A DNA stretch of 64,000 nucleotides from Candidatus Moanibacter sp. (GTDB taxonomy: Bacteria > Verrucomicrobiota > Verrucomicrobiia > Opitutales > UBA2987): contig CBDCEW010000103.1 in the NCBI GenBank assembly GCA_965215885.1, forward strand, positions 96,001-160,000, read 5' to 3'. A program made the translations under genes and the position numbers. The notes under the pieces are model-generated. The model saw nothing but the letters and a program-made list of their open reading frames with translations. It did no database searches and was not told the origin of the DNA. Below, one piece after another: positions 43,498 to 56,449 of this stretch (positions are counted from its first letter, which is position 1; the number at the start of each line of letters is the position of its first letter).

Positions 43498-44766
43498 ATG
43501 AAAAAACGTTCGAGTAAGTCCAAGAGGCTGCTAGGCTGCCTTGCCCTCTCCCTCCTTTCTTTCCTCTTCATATTTTCGGTATTGGAATTTGCTCTCCGTA
43601 TTTTCTACCCGAAATACGAATACGCGGCGGAATCTCAATACGACCGCAATAGCATCCGGATCTGGTCACGTCGCGCCAACACCCGATATTATGGAAGGCA
43701 CCCGGATACGGAGAGAATTCATGCCGTATACCACAACAATCTCGCCCTGCGTCAGCACCGGAATTTCTCTAGCGAAGACCTTCGAGCGGCAACAAATCTG
43801 GGATTCTTCGGTGACTCCTTCGCCGAGAATCAGCGTTTGCCGTCACAGTATTCCTTCTCGGAGCCTCTCGATTACCTTCTCAACCGGACCGGTAGAGCCT
43901 TCAACGTTCTGAATTTCGGCGTCGACGGCTACGGCCCGGGCCAGTCTTTCCTCTATTATCAGCAATCAGCGGATGCCGTACAACTGGATTATGTCTTCTA
44001 TCTCTTCTGCATCAACGATATCCGAAACACCTACGAAAACGACCTCTTTCCCGTCGATCCTGTGGGATCCCTCGTCAGAAATCCAAGTGTAGAGTCACCT
44101 GCGTGGCTGCGGCTGTTCTCGCGGCTGCACCTCTCCTACTTTCTCCTCGATTTCAGCCAACGGTTATTTTCCAAATACGGCGATGTGAACCGGCAGGTAT
44201 TCGATGAGTGGTATTCATTAGAGCATCAACGAAAACGATTTCGCTCTTCCCAAGCCCTGTCCATCGAGCATCGATTCGTTTCAGGCGAAGGAGATGCCGA
44301 ACTGAGAGCGCTCCTGTCCGTATTTGACGCCGTTCTCCGCCAATGGAAAAGCCTTGTTGAACAAAACGGAGCACGGTTCATTGTCGTTCTCCTTCCCCGG
44401 CCTGAAGAGAACGGGAAGGCCAGGATCTTTTCCGAAGATTACGAGGTTCTTAACCTCTATGAGAAAATCGCTCCTTCCGGTGATACGTCCGAGCCGGGCC
44501 ATCTCAGATTTATTCGCGACGGGCACTGGAATGAATCGGCAAATCTCTTATCCGCGCTCGAATTGTACCGATTCGTCGAAGACCAGGAGAAGCTTGCTCC
44601 TCTTTCACAGGAGCGACTTGTGAGCGACCTGACCACCTACTACTCCGCCTTCCCCAACGGCTGGATGCCCGAATCCCAAACGCAATCCACTGCCTCCACC
44701 AAAATCCTCCATGGAATACAGATGAAATATCTCGCCCTCGAGCTCGAGAAATCGGGTTCTTTCTAA
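43498..44766 (+). CDS. Membrane-anchored SGNH/GDSL hydrolase-like protein
   Basis: N-terminal TM helix, GDSF, LNFGVDGYGPGQ, INDI and DGHWN. Confidence 0.82.
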   Translation: MKKRSSKSKRLLGCLALSLLSFLFIFSVLEFALRIFYPKYEYAAESQYDRNSIRIWSRRANTRYYGRHPDTERIHAVYHNNLALRQHRNFSSEDLRAATNLGFFGDSFAENQRLPSQYSFSEPLDYLLNRTGRAFNVLNFGVDGYGPGQSFLYYQQSADAVQLDYVFYLFCINDIRNTYENDLFPVDPVGSLVRNPSVESPAWLRLFSRLHLSYFLLDFSQRLFSKYGDVNRQVFDEWYSLEHQRKRFRSSQALSIEHRFVSGEGDAELRALLSVFDAVLRQWKSLVEQNGARFIVVLLPRPEENGKARIFSEDYEVLNLYEKIAPSGDTSEPGHLRFIRDGHWNESANLLSALELYRFVEDQEKLAPLSQERLVSDLTTYYSAFPNGWMPESQTQSTASTKILHGIQMKYLALELEKSGSF

Positions 44767-45750
44767 GACAAGGCTCATTACCTCGACTTTCGACTACGAT
44801 TGCGACGACGACAATCGAGTGGCTATTCAACCAATCTTAATCGTAGTCGAAAATCGAACATCACCGACCATCGGCTAAGACAGAAGATCAAAACCGCTTC
44901 CCTCCTTCCCGTCTCCGCGTCCCCGAATCTCCGTTTCTCTTCACCCCTTCTCCCCTACTCCGTGTCCCCGCTTCTCCGTGTCTCTCCAATTGCCCCTCTC
45001 CCATCGTGTCTCTCAATCGTAATCTATCGTCGATCTTTTTCTTCTCGATTTTAGATCACGATTATGATCACAACGGGAAGAGCGAGACGAATCTCTCCTC
45101 TCCCATCGTGCCTCTCAATCGTGATCTCCTGTCGATCTTCCCTTCTTTCGAATTTAGATCACGAGGTAGCCGGACGCGCAAGCGTTCGGATTTGCCGTAG
45201 ACCCCTAAATCAGTTGTGATTTCCAGGTTAAGCGTTTCGAGCCTCGTCCCCGCCTTCTTGCGAAGCCGGCTACATAGTCCAATTCCTGGCGAAACGGGCT
45301 GAGATAAGACTACATTCTGTAGAGGACCGCGGGAGTATTTCTACGAATTTGCAGGGCAATATCGACCCGTCGTCGCTGCTCCCGCCGATCGGGATGAGGC
45401 AGGCAAGGTTCGGGTCCCGCTCAGCGGCATTACGACGAGGTTTGAACAAAGGTGATTCGAACTCCACCTCGGAGTTTCCTCTTCCCTTTATGCCGGATCA
45501 CCCGAGAGGGAAACCTTGCATGCCTCGGCAAAGCGCAACGACGACGGGTCCCGAACCTTGTCTGCCTCGGCACAGCTGAGCGACGACGGGTCGAATCCAT
45601 TCTGACACGGATTACGATTATCATTACGACCGAAAACAGCATCCGCACTATTTCCTTGCTTACCCCCTCAGAATAAGTCCAATAGTTCCCCACAATGAGC
45701 CTACTGCCTTAAGAGCCTGTCGGACCCTGAGTCCGACAGATTCCTAACCT

Positions 45751-45823
<73 letters not shown>

Positions 45824-45916
45824 CTCTCTAGATTTTGCGCCGGGCCTATCCGTTCTGTTGGCCCGGCGCAAATTCTGCTTGCACCCGTTTCTGATATTCG
45901 CGAAGTTTGAAGTCAC

Positions 45917-46906
45917 ATGAGCACTTTGACCGCAACACACACTGAGCTAAACACGGACACTCTGCGTTGGATGTATGAGACCATGGTCACCATCCGCCGC
46001 TTCGAGGAGCAGGCGCGGAGGGAGGCGGATGCGGGCAAGCTCCGCGGGATGCACTCCTCGATCGGCCAGGAGGCGGTACCGACCGGCATCTGTGCTCACC
46101 TGCGAGACGATGACTATGTTTTGGGAACGCACCGCAGCCACCACCACTGCATCGCCAAGGGTGTGGACCTGAGCGAGATGATGGCGGAGCTGTTGGGCAA
46201 GTCCACCGGCACCAACAACGGGAAGGGAGGCACCATGCACATCGCCGACATCAACAAGGGTATGCTCGGAGCCAATGGGGTTGTAGGCTCGAGCATTCCG
46301 GTTGCCACCGGCGTCGGGTTGAGCGCCAGGATGCGGGGTAGCGACCAGGTCAGCGTGGCCTTTTTCGGCGACGGCGCCGCCAATCAGGGCAGCCTTCACG
46401 AGTCAATGAACCTGGCCGCCATCTGGAAACTTCCCGTACTATATGTCTGTGAAAATAACCGCTACGCCGAGGCCACGCCGTTTGAATACTCGGTGGCCGG
46501 AGCGTCCGTCGCGAAGCGGGCGGCCGGCTACGATATGCCCGGAATCATGGTCGACGGCCAGTCAGCTCTTGACGTATATCAGGTCGCCGAGGAGGCGGTC
46601 GGCCGAGCGAGGGCCGGCGAGGGTCCGACTCTCATAGAGGCCCAGACTTATCGTTACCACGGTCACTTCGGTGCCGACGACCCGCTTTTATATCGCACTC
46701 AGGAGGAGGAGGATTTTTATGAGGCAAAAGATTGTATCGCGAGGCTTCGAGAGCATATCCTCGAGAACGGCGCAAGCGCTGAAGCCGAACTCGATGCCAT
46801 CGATTCTCGGGCTGAGCAGGCCGTCGCGGAGGCCGCCAAATTCGCCGATGAGAGCCCCTTCCCGGAGTCCAGCGAGCTCACTACGGACGTCTATGTCTCT
46901 TACTAA
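45917..46906 (+). CDS. acoA: TPP-dependent 2-oxoacid/acetoin dehydrogenase E1 alpha
   Basis: GQEA, GKGGTMH, GDGAANQG...ENN, TYRYHGH. Confidence 0.88.
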   Translation: MSTLTATHTELNTDTLRWMYETMVTIRRFEEQARREADAGKLRGMHSSIGQEAVPTGICAHLRDDDYVLGTHRSHHHCIAKGVDLSEMMAELLGKSTGTNNGKGGTMHIADINKGMLGANGVVGSSIPVATGVGLSARMRGSDQVSVAFFGDGAANQGSLHESMNLAAIWKLPVLYVCENNRYAEATPFEYSVAGASVAKRAAGYDMPGIMVDGQSALDVYQVAEEAVGRARAGEGPTLIEAQTYRYHGHFGADDPLLYRTQEEEDFYEAKDCIARLREHILENGASAEAELDAIDSRAEQAVAEAAKFADESPFPESSELTTDVYVSY

Positions 46907-46926
46907 TCACCTCTAGGAGGACAGCA

Positions 46927-47958
46927 ATGACCGAGGTTCAGGTAGCAACAAGGCAACTCTCGTTTATCCAGGCCATCAACGAGGCGATCCAACAGGAGAT
47001 GAAACGGGACGACCGGGTCTTCGTCATGGGCGAGGACATCGCCGGCGGCGCCGGACGGCCCGATAAAGAGGACGCATGGGGCGGTCCCATGAGATTGACC
47101 AAGGGCCTCATCGAGCAATTTGGGCCCGAGCGGGTGCGTGATACTCCGATCTCCGAAGCGGGATTCATGGGAGCCGGCGTGGGCGCCGCCGCCACCGGCC
47201 TTCGACCCATTGTCGATCTCATGTACGTCGGTTTCTTCGGCGTCTGTGCCGATCAGATTACGAACAACGCCGCCAAGATTCATTACATGTTCGGCGGTAA
47301 GGTAAACGTGCCACTGACTATCATGACTGCCATCGGAGGGGGCACTGGCTCGGCAGCGCAGCATTCGGAGACCCTCTATTCGATCTTCACACATTTCCCC
47401 GGACTCAAGTGCGTCGTCCCCTCGAACCCGTACAACGTCAAGGGATTGTTTACCTCAGCGATCCGTGACGACGATCCGGTTATCATCTTCAATAATCGGC
47501 AACTCATGGGGCTGCGCTTCGAAGATGACGTCCCCGAAGACCAGTACACCGTGCCTATCGGCGAAGCCAACGTCGCTCGGGAGGGGTCGGATGTCACACT
47601 CATCGGTATCGGCTACACGACGCGTCTATGCCTGGAGGCGGCCGATGAACTCTCCGCTCAGGGCTACTCTCCCGAAGTCATCGACCTCATCTCCCTCTCT
47701 CCCATGGATTCAAACGCCATCCTGGAGTCCGTAAAGAAGACTCGAAAGATCGTGATCGTCGATGAAGACTACCCGCGTTGCAGCATTGCTACGGATATTT
47801 CGGCGCTTGTGGCGGAAGAGGCCTTCGACTATCTCGACGCTCCTCCACGGCGCGTTACGCCTCCGCACACTCCAATACCCTACAGCAAATCCCTGGAGAG
47901 TCACTACCTCCCCGACAAGGAGGGCGTTCTGGCCGCAGCCCTCCAGGTTCTGGAATAG
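46927..47958 (+). CDS. acoB: 2-oxoacid/acetoin dehydrogenase E1 beta
   Basis: MGEDIAGG, DTPISE, AAQHS, AFDYLDAP. Confidence 0.88.
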   Translation: MTEVQVATRQLSFIQAINEAIQQEMKRDDRVFVMGEDIAGGAGRPDKEDAWGGPMRLTKGLIEQFGPERVRDTPISEAGFMGAGVGAAATGLRPIVDLMYVGFFGVCADQITNNAAKIHYMFGGKVNVPLTIMTAIGGGTGSAAQHSETLYSIFTHFPGLKCVVPSNPYNVKGLFTSAIRDDDPVIIFNNRQLMGLRFEDDVPEDQYTVPIGEANVAREGSDVTLIGIGYTTRLCLEAADELSAQGYSPEVIDLISLSPMDSNAILESVKKTRKIVIVDEDYPRCSIATDISALVAEEAFDYLDAPPRRVTPPHTPIPYSKSLESHYLPDKEGVLAAALQVLE

Positions 47959-47969
47959 GAAGAGCCGCC

Positions 47970-49563
<1,594 letters not shown>

Positions 49564-49571
49564 TCACCCAC

Positions 49572-50942
49572 TCAGTGAGTGTAACCGGCCTCCCCGTGGA
49601 TAGTGAGATCAAGGCCAGTCTCCTCAACATCTTCGCTCACTCTGAGGCCGACGATTTTATCAATTATGAAGAGTGCGATACCAGAGACCACTCCACTCCA
49701 GAGAACCGTCACGATAATGCTCTTAATCTGCACCCAGGTCTGACCACCGATTCGAAAACTCTCTGCTCCGCCATCTCCAATAAAGAGGCATCCAGTAAGG
49801 AAAGCTCCCACAATCCCACCGACACCGTGCACACCAAATACATCCAGGCTATCGTCATAACCGAGTTTTCGTTTCAAACTGGTAGCCGCAAAGAAGCAAC
49901 ACGCTCCGGCGGCAAAACCTATGACAAGCGCGCCTACCGGCCCAACTGAGCCGGATGCCGGTGTGATTGCGACAAGACCTGCCACCGCTCCGGTGGCCAT
50001 TCCGACCGCGGTGGGTGTTCCGCTCTTGATCCATTCGATTGCCATCCAGGTTACCGCGGCTGTGGCTGTGGCAACCTGAGTCACGAGAAGCGCCATACCC
50101 GCCGTCCCATCGGCGGCCAATTCGCTGCCTGCGTTAAAGCCGAACCATCCGACCCACAACATCGAAGCGCCCACCACCGTGAGGGGCACACTGTGAGGCA
50201 TGATTGGCTCGGTACCGAATCCACGCCGCTTCCCCACCATCACACAGGCAACCAACCCCGCTATACCCGCATTTATGTGGACAACAGTACCTCCCGCAAA
50301 ATCGATCACTCCCCACTCAGCAAAGAGCGCGCCATCTCCCGACCACGCCATATGGCAGACAGGGAGGTAGGAGAAAGTAAACCAAACTATACAGAACAAC
50401 AACATCGCGCTGAATTTCATGCGCTCAGCAAATGCGCCCACGATAAGCGCCGGCGTAATGATGGCGAAGGTCATCTGAAAGGTTACAAAGACACTCTCAG
50501 GAATTGTACCTGATACCGTCTCCACCCCTATCCCGGAAAGAAAAGCGCTGCCGAGTCCTCCAAAAAATGAATGCAGGTTGATCACTCCCGCCTCCATACC
50601 CGCGGTGTCAAATGCGACGCTGTATCCGTAGATTATCCACAGTATCGTTATAACGCCGACCATGGCGAAGCATTGCACAAGGACTGAAAGAACGTTCTTG
50701 GTCCGCACCAGGCCCCCGTAAAACAAGGATAATCCGGGAATCGTCATGAAGAGGACGAGCACCGTTGCAACGATCATCCAGGCGGTATCACCCGAATCAA
50801 TGGCAGCGGCAGGCAACACTTCCTCGATCGCCATTGACTCTTCAGCTCTCAGACCGGGTGCAGCCGAAAATAGCCAACCACATAGGATAAAAATCGCGGC
50901 ACGCAAATAGCGTGGCCAAGGCACCAGAACAGATGTATTCAT
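49572..50942 (-). CDS. amtB: Ammonium transporter
   Basis: DFAGGTVVH, WVGWFGFNAGS, DDSLDVFGVHG. Confidence 0.97.
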   Translation of the reverse strand: MNTSVLVPWPRYLRAAIFILCGWLFSAAPGLRAEESMAIEEVLPAAAIDSGDTAWMIVATVLVLFMTIPGLSLFYGGLVRTKNVLSVLVQCFAMVGVITILWIIYGYSVAFDTAGMEAGVINLHSFFGGLGSAFLSGIGVETVSGTIPESVFVTFQMTFAIITPALIVGAFAERMKFSAMLLFCIVWFTFSYLPVCHMAWSGDGALFAEWGVIDFAGGTVVHINAGIAGLVACVMVGKRRGFGTEPIMPHSVPLTVVGASMLWVGWFGFNAGSELAADGTAGMALLVTQVATATAAVTWMAIEWIKSGTPTAVGMATGAVAGLVAITPASGSVGPVGALVIGFAAGACCFFAATSLKRKLGYDDSLDVFGVHGVGGIVGAFLTGCLFIGDGGAESFRIGGQTWVQIKSIIVTVLWSGVVSGIALFIIDKIVGLRVSEDVEETGLDLTIHGEAGYTH

Positions 50943-51000
50943 GTTAAATTCGATCTATCTCAAGAAATTGATACACAAGTATGATAGTCCTATCTCGATA

Positions 51001-51017
51001 AGCATCCATCATGCCAA
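51001..51017 (-). promoter_or_regulatory. Sigma-54 promoter of amtB-glnK (TTGGCATGATGGATGCT)
   Basis: GG-N10-GC about 60 bp upstream of the amtB ATG. Confidence 0.7.
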
Positions 51018-51665
51018 CGCCCCAATTAATCAAACGTCTGTCTAATCTTAGACAGACACCGGTCGATCTTGCTCAGGCTAGAATTTTCCGGAGGCGATAA
51101 CCGTCTCCGCTGCGTTCGCTCCCCGCCCCTTTCGCGTTTTTTCGCGTGCTTAGCGGGCATCCCTCTTATTTCGAGAACGAGAACGATTACGACTTTCGAA
51201 CGACAAAGTTTGGGAGGATATCTTGGTGGTAGTAATTCGAGGTTGAAACGACGAGGCTTACGACAAAGACACAGAACACCGAACACCCCACCACCAAAAA
51301 CCTAAAACCTCTCGCAGTTTCTCCGACTCGCCGGTTCCTACTCTCTTCTCCCTCCCCCTTTCGCTCTGCCGTACGGCAGAGTGTTTAGCGGGCATCCATC
51401 ATATTTCGAGAACGAGAACGATTACGAATGTCGAACGACAAAGCCTACGACAAGGTTCGGGTCCCGCTCAGCGGGCTTGCGCCGAGGTTTACCTCAAAGG
51501 ACAATTCGGCACCGGCGTCAGCCACCCAGCAACTCTTCAACTCTGCCTCTCTTTGCGGCTTTGCGGCTTCTTGACAGGGCGTAGTACCGCTTGCGGGCCG
51601 AAGACCGTTGCGTGAGCCTACTCACATTTTCCATCTTCCACTTTTCAACCCTGGAACCCTTCTTT

Positions 51666-52037
51666 TCATTTCCTATACCAACTCCCGTCTTTCCCCTGCA
51701 GCCAGATTCCCTTAATCGAGCGCTTTGCAAATTGCTCAGCTCGCTGCATTCCCACCTTCTCTCTCGAGGAGTCGGCTTTCATACCAATTATGATATATAT
51801 CTTCTTGCGGTCCTCATTTTCCCTTTTCAGAAGTTCGGCATGCTTCTCGCTCAGCGGAATTCTGGCTTCGAGGTAGCCTCCGCTGTTTTCTCCGATATCA
51901 CCGGATAGTTTCAGCGTATCGACAACTGGGAGGCGCTCGACCATCCGCCTCATAATAATGACACCTTCATCGCCCATCAGCGATCCGGAACCCATCAGAA
52001 GCGCCACAAACAGTATTTGAGGAAAGTACCTTATCAT
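51666..52037 (-). CDS. DUF1318/YdbL-family protein
   Basis: GENSGGYL...ENEDRKKIY...GIWLQxxDGSW with a signal peptide. Confidence 0.82.
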   Translation of the reverse strand: MIRYFPQILFVALLMGSGSLMGDEGVIIMRRMVERLPVVDTLKLSGDIGENSGGYLEARIPLSEKHAELLKRENEDRKKIYIIIGMKADSSREKVGMQRAEQFAKRSIKGIWLQGKDGSWYRK

Positions 52038-52246
52038 TCTACGTCCGTATGCTTGATCACATGAACCATTGTCTTTGCGTCGGCGTCCAAGGGTCCGAAA
52101 TAGATATCCAATTCGCGCTTAATCCGAACTACCGGATCGATAAAAGGCTTATCCTTCTTCTTTTTTAGGATACTCTTGCACCCCGCCAGCATTAACAGGC
52201 AAAGGATCAACACTGCGAAAACACCAATACTCCGAAACGCCTTCAT
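52034..52246 (-). CDS. Small lipoprotein (YnbE-like by context)
   Basis: Lipobox LAGC; 4-bp ATGA overlap with the ydbL-like gene. Confidence 0.6.
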   Translation of the reverse strand: MKAFRSIGVFAVLILCLLMLAGCKSILKKKKDKPFIDPVVRIKRELDIYFGPLDADAKTMVHVIKHTDVE

Positions 52247-52558
52247 CTTAACTCCTCATCGGCTCAATATAATCAATCGTTGTCAAGACCAAGTTTGAAA
52301 CGGCCACACTCTGCCACCTTTTCATTCTTCAGGGACAACGCACTATCACTTAGCACCCAAATCCGAAAACTTACCCTTCTGCTCTAGCAATTTGCAACTC
52401 TTCCACTTCCTCTCTCCTAAACTTTGCGTCTTAGTCCCGGCGTGCCAGCATGAGCCTGCTCACATACATCCTCCGAATCCCGCTCAGCGGGAGTATGAGG
52501 ACCCTCACTTCCTTACTATTGCCTTCCCCACCCTTTCTCTACAAAAATGCGCGACAGC

Positions 52559-53653
52559 ATGGGCAATGTCTTCGGAAAGCTATTCACTATCTCCACCTGG
52601 GGCGAGAGTCATGGCGGCGGTATCGGCGTGGTTGTCGATGGCTGTCCGCCCGGCCTTCCCCTCGACGAAGCCGACATCCAAAAGGAGCTCGATCGCCGCC
52701 GTCCAGGTCAGAGTGATATCACCACGGCCCGCAAAGAATCGGACGCGGTAACCATCATCTCAGGACTCTTCGAGGGAAAGACGATCGGGACACCCATTGG
52801 GATGCTCATTCCCAATACCGACGCCCGGCCTGAAGCCTACGCCGAGATGAAGGATAAATTCCGGCCCTCCCACGCAGATTTCACCTATCTGGAGAAATAC
52901 GGAATTCGCAATCACGAGGGCGGTGGTCGCTCCTCCGCCCGCGAGACCGCTGGAAGGGTTGCCGCCGGCGCCATAGCCAGAAAGATTCTCAAGCGCGTTG
53001 CCGATGTCGATATTATCGCCTACACCGAGAAAATACACACAATCGAGATGCCCCCGATCGATGCCTTTCCCAACGTCGATGAGGTCGACGCGACTCCGGT
53101 GCGATGTCCCCACCCCGAAACAGCGGAAACAATGATCGCGCGGATTAAAGAAGTGAGGAAGAGCGGCAATTCAGTCGGTGGAATCATACGTTGTCGCGCG
53201 CGCAATCTTCCCACCGGACTGGGAGAACCGGTATTCGACCGCCTCGAAGCAGATCTGGCCAAAGCCATGCTCTCTCTCCCCGCCACCAAGGGTTTCGAAA
53301 TCGGGAGCGGATTTGCCGGGACCGATCTCACCGGCGCCGAACACAACGATCCCTTCGAAAACCGAGACGGTGCCATCCGCACACAAACCAACAATTCCGG
53401 CGGCGTCCAGGGCGGCATATCCAACGGCGAGGAACTCTTCTTTCGCGTCGCCTTCAAACCCCCCGCGACCATCCTGCAAAAGCAGAAAACAGTCACCATC
53501 CATGGCGAGGAAACCGAACTCATCGGCCGCGGCCGTCACGATCCATGCGTCGTCCCTCGCGCCGTCCCCATCGTCGAAGCGATGACTGCCCTCGTTCTTG
53601 TCGACCACTGGATGCGCCACCACGCCCAAAATAAAACCTTCCGATTCGACTAG
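52559..53653 (+). CDS. aroC: Chorismate synthase
   Basis: [34 protein letters not shown]. Confidence 0.97.
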   Translation: MGNVFGKLFTISTWGESHGGGIGVVVDGCPPGLPLDEADIQKELDRRRPGQSDITTARKESDAVTIISGLFEGKTIGTPIGMLIPNTDARPEAYAEMKDKFRPSHADFTYLEKYGIRNHEGGGRSSARETAGRVAAGAIARKILKRVADVDIIAYTEKIHTIEMPPIDAFPNVDEVDATPVRCPHPETAETMIARIKEVRKSGNSVGGIIRCRARNLPTGLGEPVFDRLEADLAKAMLSLPATKGFEIGSGFAGTDLTGAEHNDPFENRDGAIRTQTNNSGGVQGGISNGEELFFRVAFKPPATILQKQKTVTIHGEETELIGRGRHDPCVVPRAVPIVEAMTALVLVDHWMRHHAQNKTFRFD

Positions 53654-53669
53654 TACAAAACCCAGAAGC

Positions 53670-54022
53670 GGGACACAGAGGTGCACAGAGAAGCACGGAG
53701 CCGCACAGAGATGACGGCGACTTCGCATTAACCGTTGCATCGATACCAATAGCTCATAAAAGTGCGATATTGCCTGACGGGTAGAAAGTTGGGGGGAGTC
53801 GACTTCGCCTCGCGCGGAGCGCGGTGCAAACGGTCAAGGAAGCATTTACGAGAGCGTTTTCATGGGGGTAATAGTCAGTGTGCGCTCTTGCAAATGCTTC
53901 CTTGCCCGTTTGCCACTCTGCCGCATTGCAGAGCAGGCGAAGTCGACTCCCCCAAACTTTCTATATCTCCAAATTGCATTCTCGGTGGTGCTCTGTGCTT
54001 CTCTGTGGCGCTCTGTGACCCC
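53670..54022. repeat. ~350-bp nested palindromic element (partial second copy at ~41490..41712)
   Basis: Outer CACAGAG.../...CTCTGTG arms and inner AGAAAGTTGGGGGGAGTCGACTTCG / CGAAGTCGACTCCCCCAAACTTTCT. Confidence 0.75.
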
Positions 54023-54159
54023 CGATTTAGCTATGACTTAACCGTCTGTTCCTACCTTACTTACATAACATTTCTACGCAAATCGGTATTGGATAAGACT
54101 CTAATCAACGCCGAGAGTTCATTCACTGAACACTGAACTCTGCTCACTTTCGCTCTCCC

Positions 54160-54652
54160 ATGCCCTCTTCCTACATCATCCTCGGTGCAACCGGCTCCGG
54201 GCGCCGCGAAGTTCTCTGCGACCTCATTCGCTCCACAAGAGCCGATCGGACGGGCGTGAATGCCATCTACATCTCGGAAGACGAGCGGTCCTCGCCACAC
54301 GAGGAAGCCCTCCGCGCCCTCGACAATACGACCCTTCTCTTCTGGCGATTTCAGGGGGATGCAGAAATCGTCTCGGATTCAATTCCCAACGGTACTGACA
54401 TCGCATTCTTTGTCTTCGACGGACTCCGCAGCCCCGTCGACCAGATAGAGGCGCTCAAGCCCCGGTTGGAACGAAACAATCTTTCATTGGCGCGCATCCT
54501 TTCCGTTGTCCACTGCCGACTCGCCTTCGAAAATCCAGCCCTTGCGAAGTGGTACGAGGCCTGCATCCACTTCTCCGACTATGTTCTTCTGAATAGGCGA
54601 ACCGGCGTGCCCAACCGCTGGATGAGGGAATTCCAGGACTATTATAAAAAAC
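54160..54652 (+). pseudogene. Conserved protein with degenerate P-loop (CobW-like), 3'-truncated by ISL3
   Basis: ILGATGSGRRE...SDYVLLNRR; the frame runs into the ISL3 end at 54653. Confidence 0.65.
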
Positions 54653-56135
54653 GGGTCTACAGCAGAATCTGTGGGTGGGTAACGTCGCTTACAAGAGGAA
54701 ATAGAGTCGGTGAGCACAAGGAGAAGTCAGGGCGCTGCCCTGAATCCCGCTCCTCCACAGCCGGAGGGGCTGGTCGGTGTTTTCTTTGCATATGGGATTG
54801 AAAGGTTGAAGCACCGGGCCGTTCCGAGGATGAAAGTAGTACCGAAAATACATCCTGAACACGGAGGACCCAGTGCTCATCAAAACGCTACTGAATCGGT
54901 GCTATTGGCTCAAGAGCTTTGTTTACGCAAAGGCGAGTATGGAAATGGTGAAATCGGAGGAGGCGATTGTGGTGCAGATTGAGCCGCGCAAGAATAGTCG
55001 GGTGTGCTGTTCGGGGTGTGGCCGGACGGCCAGCGGCTACGACCACATGAGCGAGGCGAGGCATTTTGAATTTGTGCCCTTGTGGGGGATGAAGGTGTAT
55101 TTTCGTTACCGCATGCGGCGGGTCAATTGCCGGCGGTGCGGGGTGAAGGTCGAAGAGGTGCCCTGGGCCAAGGGCAAGAGTCATCTGAGTTGGCCAATGC
55201 AATGGTTTCTGGCCCAGTGGGCGAGGCGCTTGAGCTGGGAAGAGACGGCAAGGGTTTTTCGCACGAACTGGCGCAACGTCTTCGAGTCGGTCGAGGCGAT
55301 GGTGCGGTGGGGGCTCAAACGGCGCGATATGAGCGGGATTGAGGCGATCGGAGTCGATGAGGTGCAGTATCATCGAGGCCATCACTATCTCACCGTGGTC
55401 TACCAGCTTGACGAGGGGCGGCGGCGGCTATTGGGCGTATTCAATAAGCGCAACGTAAAATCGCTCTTGCGTTTTTTCTGGGAATTGGGAGCGCAAAAGA
55501 GCAGCCAGATCCTCTACGTCTGCTCGGATCTGTGGAAGCCTTACCTCAAAGTGATCAAGAAAAAGGCACCCCAGGCGCTGCACATCCTCGATCGCTTCCA
55601 CTTGGTAGCCAACCTGAACAAGGCCCTCAATGAGATTCGTGCTGCGGAAGCCAGGCGATTGCAACGGGACGGCTACATCAACGTGCTGGTCAAAAGCAAA
55701 TACTGTTTCTTGAAAAATCCGCAAAATCTCACCCCCACCCAACAGATCCGCCTCAAGGAGGTGCTCCAATACGATCTGAAGAGCGTGCGGGCCTATCTAC
55801 TAAAGGAGAGCTTTCAGCTCTTGTGGCATTATAAAAGCCCCTACTGGGCCCAATGGTATCTGAAAAAATGGTGCACGCGCGCCATGCGTTCGCGCCTCAA
55901 ACCGATCAAAAGGTTCGTGCGCTCGGTGCGCAAACACGAGCCGCTCATCCTCAACTGGTTTCGGGCCAAAAAGGCCTTTTCCTGCGGCATTGTGGAGGGC
56001 TTTAACCGCAATATAAATCTCACTATCAGAAAAGCATACGGCTTTAAGAGCTTCGAAGTGCTTAAGATCGCCCTATTTCATACCATGGGCGACTTGCCTG
56101 AACCCGAAATAACCCACAGATTCTGCTGACGAGGC
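54653..56135 (+). mobile_element. ISL3-family element (transposase 54873..56129)
   Basis: TIRs GGGTCTACAGCAGAATCTGTGGGT / ACCCACAGATTCTGCTGACGAGGC; zinc finger, GVDE, DRFH and VEGFN...AYGF motifs; no TSD. Confidence 0.94.
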
Positions 56136-56449
56136 TTAATTTTCAATAAAATAGAAATAACGAATTCTCTTATCGAGTCGCACAAAAAGAATTCCCGGCT
56201 GCAGGCGAAATTTTTTTCGCGCCTGCAGCATCTCACCTACTATACTGATTCTTTTCAAGAAGTGTCGCCTACGGCGATCCAGACAATTCGATCTAAGCTT
56301 GCGACCTTTCCCACGGCCCGGTGTTTTCAAGAAAAACGACAACGAAGCGGAAAACCAGCCACTTCCCAAAGTCATGCCCTTTTCCTCCCGCTTCGTGCGA
56401 TCACGGCCGAAACTTGAAGATCAAATAGGCGCTCAACGGCTATCCACAG

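Noticed and set aside
44998..45162. ~65-bp direct repeats here and at 51150/51384, considered as CRISPR
   Set aside because: Only two degenerate units each, with no regular spacers and no cas genes.
56191..56200. ATTCCCGGCT as an attR copy of the tRNA-Thr 3' end
   Set aside because: Only a 10-bp match, there is no integrase, and core genes lie in between.
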